Shown here: in pieces, positions 60,811 through 64,000 of the stretch
Position numbering within the stretch: position 1 is the first letter of the stretch
How the letters are laid out: each line of letters begins with the position of its first letter
Source: an uncultured Planctomycetota bacterium
GTDB taxonomy: Bacteria > Planctomycetota > Planctomycetia > Isosphaerales > Isosphaeraceae
Direction: 5' to 3'
Length of the DNA stretch: 64,000 bases
Assembly (NCBI GenBank): GCA_963823665.1
Contig: CAWGMQ010000008.1
Span: 416,001 to 480,000 of the forward strand
Program-made: the position numbers and the translations under genes
Notes under the pieces: generated by a model
What the model was told of the DNA's origin: nothing
The model's database searches: none
What the model saw: the letters and a program-made list of their open reading frames with translations, nothing else

Positions 60811-62708
60811 ATGAAGAAAATTACCATCAACGATCCGGAGTCGAAGAGCGCCGACCTGATCGCGTCGAACCTGGAGCAGCTCAGGGAGCTTTTTCCCGAG
60901 GCGTTGACCGAAGGGAGGATCGATTTCGAGGTCCTTAAGGGGTTACTCGGCGGAGCGGTTGACGAGCGAAAGGAGAAATACGGCTTGAACTGGCACGGCA
61001 AGCGCCAGGCGCGGCAGATCGCATTGACGCCTTCCACGGGCACACTACGTCCCTGCCGGGAAGAGAGCGTCGATTGGAACACGACTCAAAACGTCATGAT
61101 TGAGGGTGACAATCTCGAGGTGCTGAAGCTCTTGCAGAAAAGCTATGCAGGAAAGGTCAAGCTGATCTACATCGACCCGCCCTATAACACCGGGAACGAG
61201 TTCGTTTATGCCGATGATTTCCAAGACAATATCGGAAGGTACCTCGAGGTAACCGGTCAAGTCGACGGAGAAGGTCGCAAGCTGACGACGAACACAGACG
61301 CGTCGGGCAGGTTTCACACCGACTGGCTGAACATGATGTATCCAAGGCTCAGGCTGCGCGCAACGTGCTTCGCGATGACGGGTTGATCTTTGTAAGTATC
61401 GACGACCATGAGACACATAATTTAAGAGCGATCATGAATGAGATTTTCGGCGAGGAGAACTTCATTTGCAACGCCGTGTGGCAAAAAGCTTACACCGCAA
61501 ACATGACAGCGGAATTTATCTCTGATACGCACGATCATATTCTGATTTATGCTAAAGATTCGAATTCTGCCGAACTTGGTCGCTTTGACCGAACAGATGA
61601 ACAGAAAGCCAAGTTCAAGAACCCCGACAATGATCCCCGAGGACCATGGAAAGCGGAGAACCTCTCTGCGGGCAAATTCTACTCGGCTGGCCAGTTCGTA
61701 ATTAGCGGTCCCACCGGCGAGCAATTCCTCCCGCCTCCCGGCCGATATTGGAGGTGTAATGAGGATCAGTATAGGAATTGGCTATCCGATAGGCGAATCA
61801 CGTTCGGCAAAGATGGAGATGGCCGTCCGATGCTTAAGAAGTTTCTTTCCGAGGCGGTCGAAGGCTTAACCCCAAGTAGCTGGTGGCGACATGAAGACTT
61901 TGGAAGCAACAAGGAGGCGAGCATCGAGCTAAAGGCGCTCTTCGACGGCGCGGCGGTCTTTCAAACGCCCAAGCCTGTTAAGTTGCTCCGCCGCATCATT
62001 GAACTCGCAACGGAGGGGGACGACTTGATATTTTACTTTTTCGCCGGAAGCGGAACTTCGGCGCACGCGACGATTGAATCGAATGAGCAGGATTGTGAAA
62101 GCCGTCGTTTCCTGTTGGTCCAGCTGCCTGAGCAATTGGACCCTGACGAAAAAAGCCAGAAGACATCGGCAGATTTCTGCGGCGAGATCGGCAAGGTACC
62201 CAATATCGTAGAGCTTACGAAAGAACGGCTCCGTCGTGCTGGAAAGAAACTCAAAGATGAAAAGCCGTTGTTTCCCGGCGACCTCGGCTTTCGCGTCTTC
62301 AAGCTCGACTCAAGCAACATTGTTGCGTGGGACCCAGACCGCGAGAACCTCTCTCAAACGCTCCTCGCGTCCACTGAGCACGTGAAGCCCGATCGCAGCG
62401 AGCAGGATGTGCTCTTCGAGCTGCTGCTCAAGCTCGGCCTCGAGTTGACCGTTCCGATCGAGGAGAAGACGATCGCGGGGAAGGCCGTCCGCAGCGTCGG
62501 TGCCGGCAGCTTGATCGTCTGCCTGGCGCCGAAGATCGGCCGCGACGAGGTTGAGCCGCTCGCTCACGGGATCGTCGCCTGGCACAAGGAGCTGGCGCCG
62601 GCCGGCGAGACTCAAGGTTGTCTTTCGCGACAGTGCCTTCGCGGACGACGTGGCCAAGGCGAACCTCACAGCGAGCAGCATGGGCTGACGAACGTGAGGA
62701 GCCTGTAG
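60811..62708 (+). CDS. mod: Type III restriction-modification methyltransferase (Mod); frameshifts near 61355 and 62615
   Basis: 'IEGDNLEVLKLLQ', 'IYIDPPYNTG', 'HTDWLNMMYPRL', 'FVSIDD', 'TPKPVKL', 'FFAGSGT', 'DLGFRVFKL'. Confidence 0.9.
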
Positions 62709-62730
62709 AGGGATTCTGGGGTCAACCGCC

Positions 62731-63003
62731 ATGTCGTCTCCCGAACTGCCACCTGAGGGCGAAGTCCTGCTCTATCAGACAGAGGACGGTCGGACGCGCA
62801 TCGAGTGTCGTTTCGAGATGGATACTCTCTGGCTCACCCAGGCGCTGATGGCAGAGCTTTTCCAAACCACCCCACAGAACATAACGCTTCATATCAAGGC
62901 AATTTACGACGAGCAGGGGGCCGATGAGGCGGCAACTTGTAAGGAATTCTTACAAGTTCGGCTGGAAGGCGCGCGCGAGGTTCGGCGAGTCTTTAAATTC
63001 TTC
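62731..63003 (+). pseudogene. RhuM-like protein N-terminal fragment
   Basis: 'LLYQTEDG.TRIE...TLWLTQALMAELFQTTPQNITLHIKAIY...ATCKEFLQVRLEG.REVRR', then similarity stops. Confidence 0.75.
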
Positions 63004-63116
63004 CAGTGCGGGCCTCGCTGCGGGGTAACCAACGTCGCGGCGGCGAAACAGCGCCGATCGTCCGTTCCCGGCGAAGGTGCGGAGCCTTCATGCACGGCGG
63101 TGCGCGAGGTACAACC

Positions 63117-64000
63117 TTGAAGAAACTGAAGAAATCGAGGCTTGTCGGAGACTTGGTACCTGCGGGCGCCACCGACGTCGACCGTTTGTTCGACGAGGTG
63201 GCGGGCATTCTGGAGGAAGCCCGGCGGCGGACCGTTCGGACCGTGAACAGGAACATGGTCTCGGCATACTGGCTGATCGGTTGGCGAATCGTGGAAGCTG
63301 AGCAGAGCGGCAAGGCCCGGGCTGGCTACGGCGAACGGCTGATAGAAACTTTATCCGCCCGATTGACGGAGCGCTATGGGAGGGGCCATTCCGTGGCGAA
63401 TTTGAGGAATTTCCGCGAGTTTTACCTCACCTATCCGGAGCGACTTCGAGAGATTCGCTACCCGGTGGGTAGTGAATTGGCCCATGAAGCTCGGCCGGAT
63501 GGAAAACACTACCCAGCGGGTAGCGAATCTGAGATCGGCTTTAACCCGAACCTTAGCTGGTCTCATTATCGAGCGCTCATGCGAGTGAAAAAACCGGAGG
63601 CACGCGACTTCTATGAACAGGAGGCCGCGGCGACCGGCTGGGGCAAGCGCCAGCTTGAGCGGCAGATCGGCTCGCTCTACTACGAGCGGCTGCTCATGAG
63701 CCGGGAGCGCAGGGCGATGCTGGCGAAGGATCGCAAGACGACCCCGGTCGCGCACCCACTCGAGGTGATCAAGGACCCGTACGTTCTGGAGTTTCTCGGA
63801 CTGCCGGAAAACCATCAACTGAATGAGACCGAGCTCGAGGAACGACTGATCACCCACATCCAGGCGTTCCTGCTGGAGCTCGGCCAGGGCTTTGCATTCA
63901 TCCGGCGGCAACACCGACTGACGCTGGACGGAGACCATTTCTACGCGGATCTTGTGTTCTATCACGTCCGATTGAAATGCTTCATCATCGTTGATCTCAA
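63117..64000 (+). CDS. DUF1016/YhcG PDDEXK nuclease-domain protein (runs off the window)
   Basis: Manual translation: 'VNRNMVSAYWLIGWRIVEAEQSGKARAGYG...LSWSHYRALM...ARDFYE...IKDPYVLEFL...LLELGQGFAF'. Confidence 0.88.
   Translation, partial: MKKLKKSRLVGDLVPAGATDVDRLFDEVAGILEEARRRTVRTVNRNMVSAYWLIGWRIVEAEQSGKARAGYGERLIETLSARLTERYGRGHSVANLRNFREFYLTYPERLREIRYPVGSELAHEARPDGKHYPAGSESEIGFNPNLSWSHYRALMRVKKPEARDFYEQEAAATGWGKRQLERQIGSLYYERLLMSRERRAMLAKDRKTTPVAHPLEVIKDPYVLEFLGLPENHQLNETELEERLITHIQAFLLELGQGFAFIRRQHRLTLDGDHFYADLVFYHVRLKCFIIVDL

Noticed and set aside
61340..61370. Phase-variable mod (phasevarion)
   Set aside because: No simple-sequence repeat tract at the frameshift; it looks like one missing G

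Overview
High-GC bacterial DNA, most likely Planctomycetota (Isosphaerales-like). The assignment is inferred from a DUF1559 prepilin-like gene, 'LE.LE.R.LL' export leaders, PEP-CTERM, Ser/Thr kinases and planctomycete-style REP repeats. 1-17 kb is core genome: STAS protein, peptidase, ribH, rho with a long Arg/Asp-rich N-terminus, coaE, polA, citrate synthase, tRNA-Asn and glgX. 17-29.5 kb is mixed accessory genes: desaturase, kinase, ABC pair, MFS and toxin-antitoxin remnants. 29.8-41.6 kb is a cluster of secreted/surface proteins showing domain shuffling, including a TIGR03118 domain nested in another protein with a leftover VPEP motif. 41.8-49.3 kb is a signalling cluster: ECF/anti-sigma, DoxX, kinase, sigma-54 activator, STAS-like protein and a second ECF. 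From about 49.8 kb to the end there are toxin-antitoxin modules, then a decaying defence island to the right of a degenerate tRNA-Val 3' half. The island holds fragments of DUF262, DUF1016, PglX-like and RhuM genes, an ORF-less truncated group II intron, and a helicase-DUF4391-type III Mod operon. Many genes, including housekeeping ones, carry single-base frameshifts that are probably sequencing indels. All family names come from motif recognition by eye; no searches were run.
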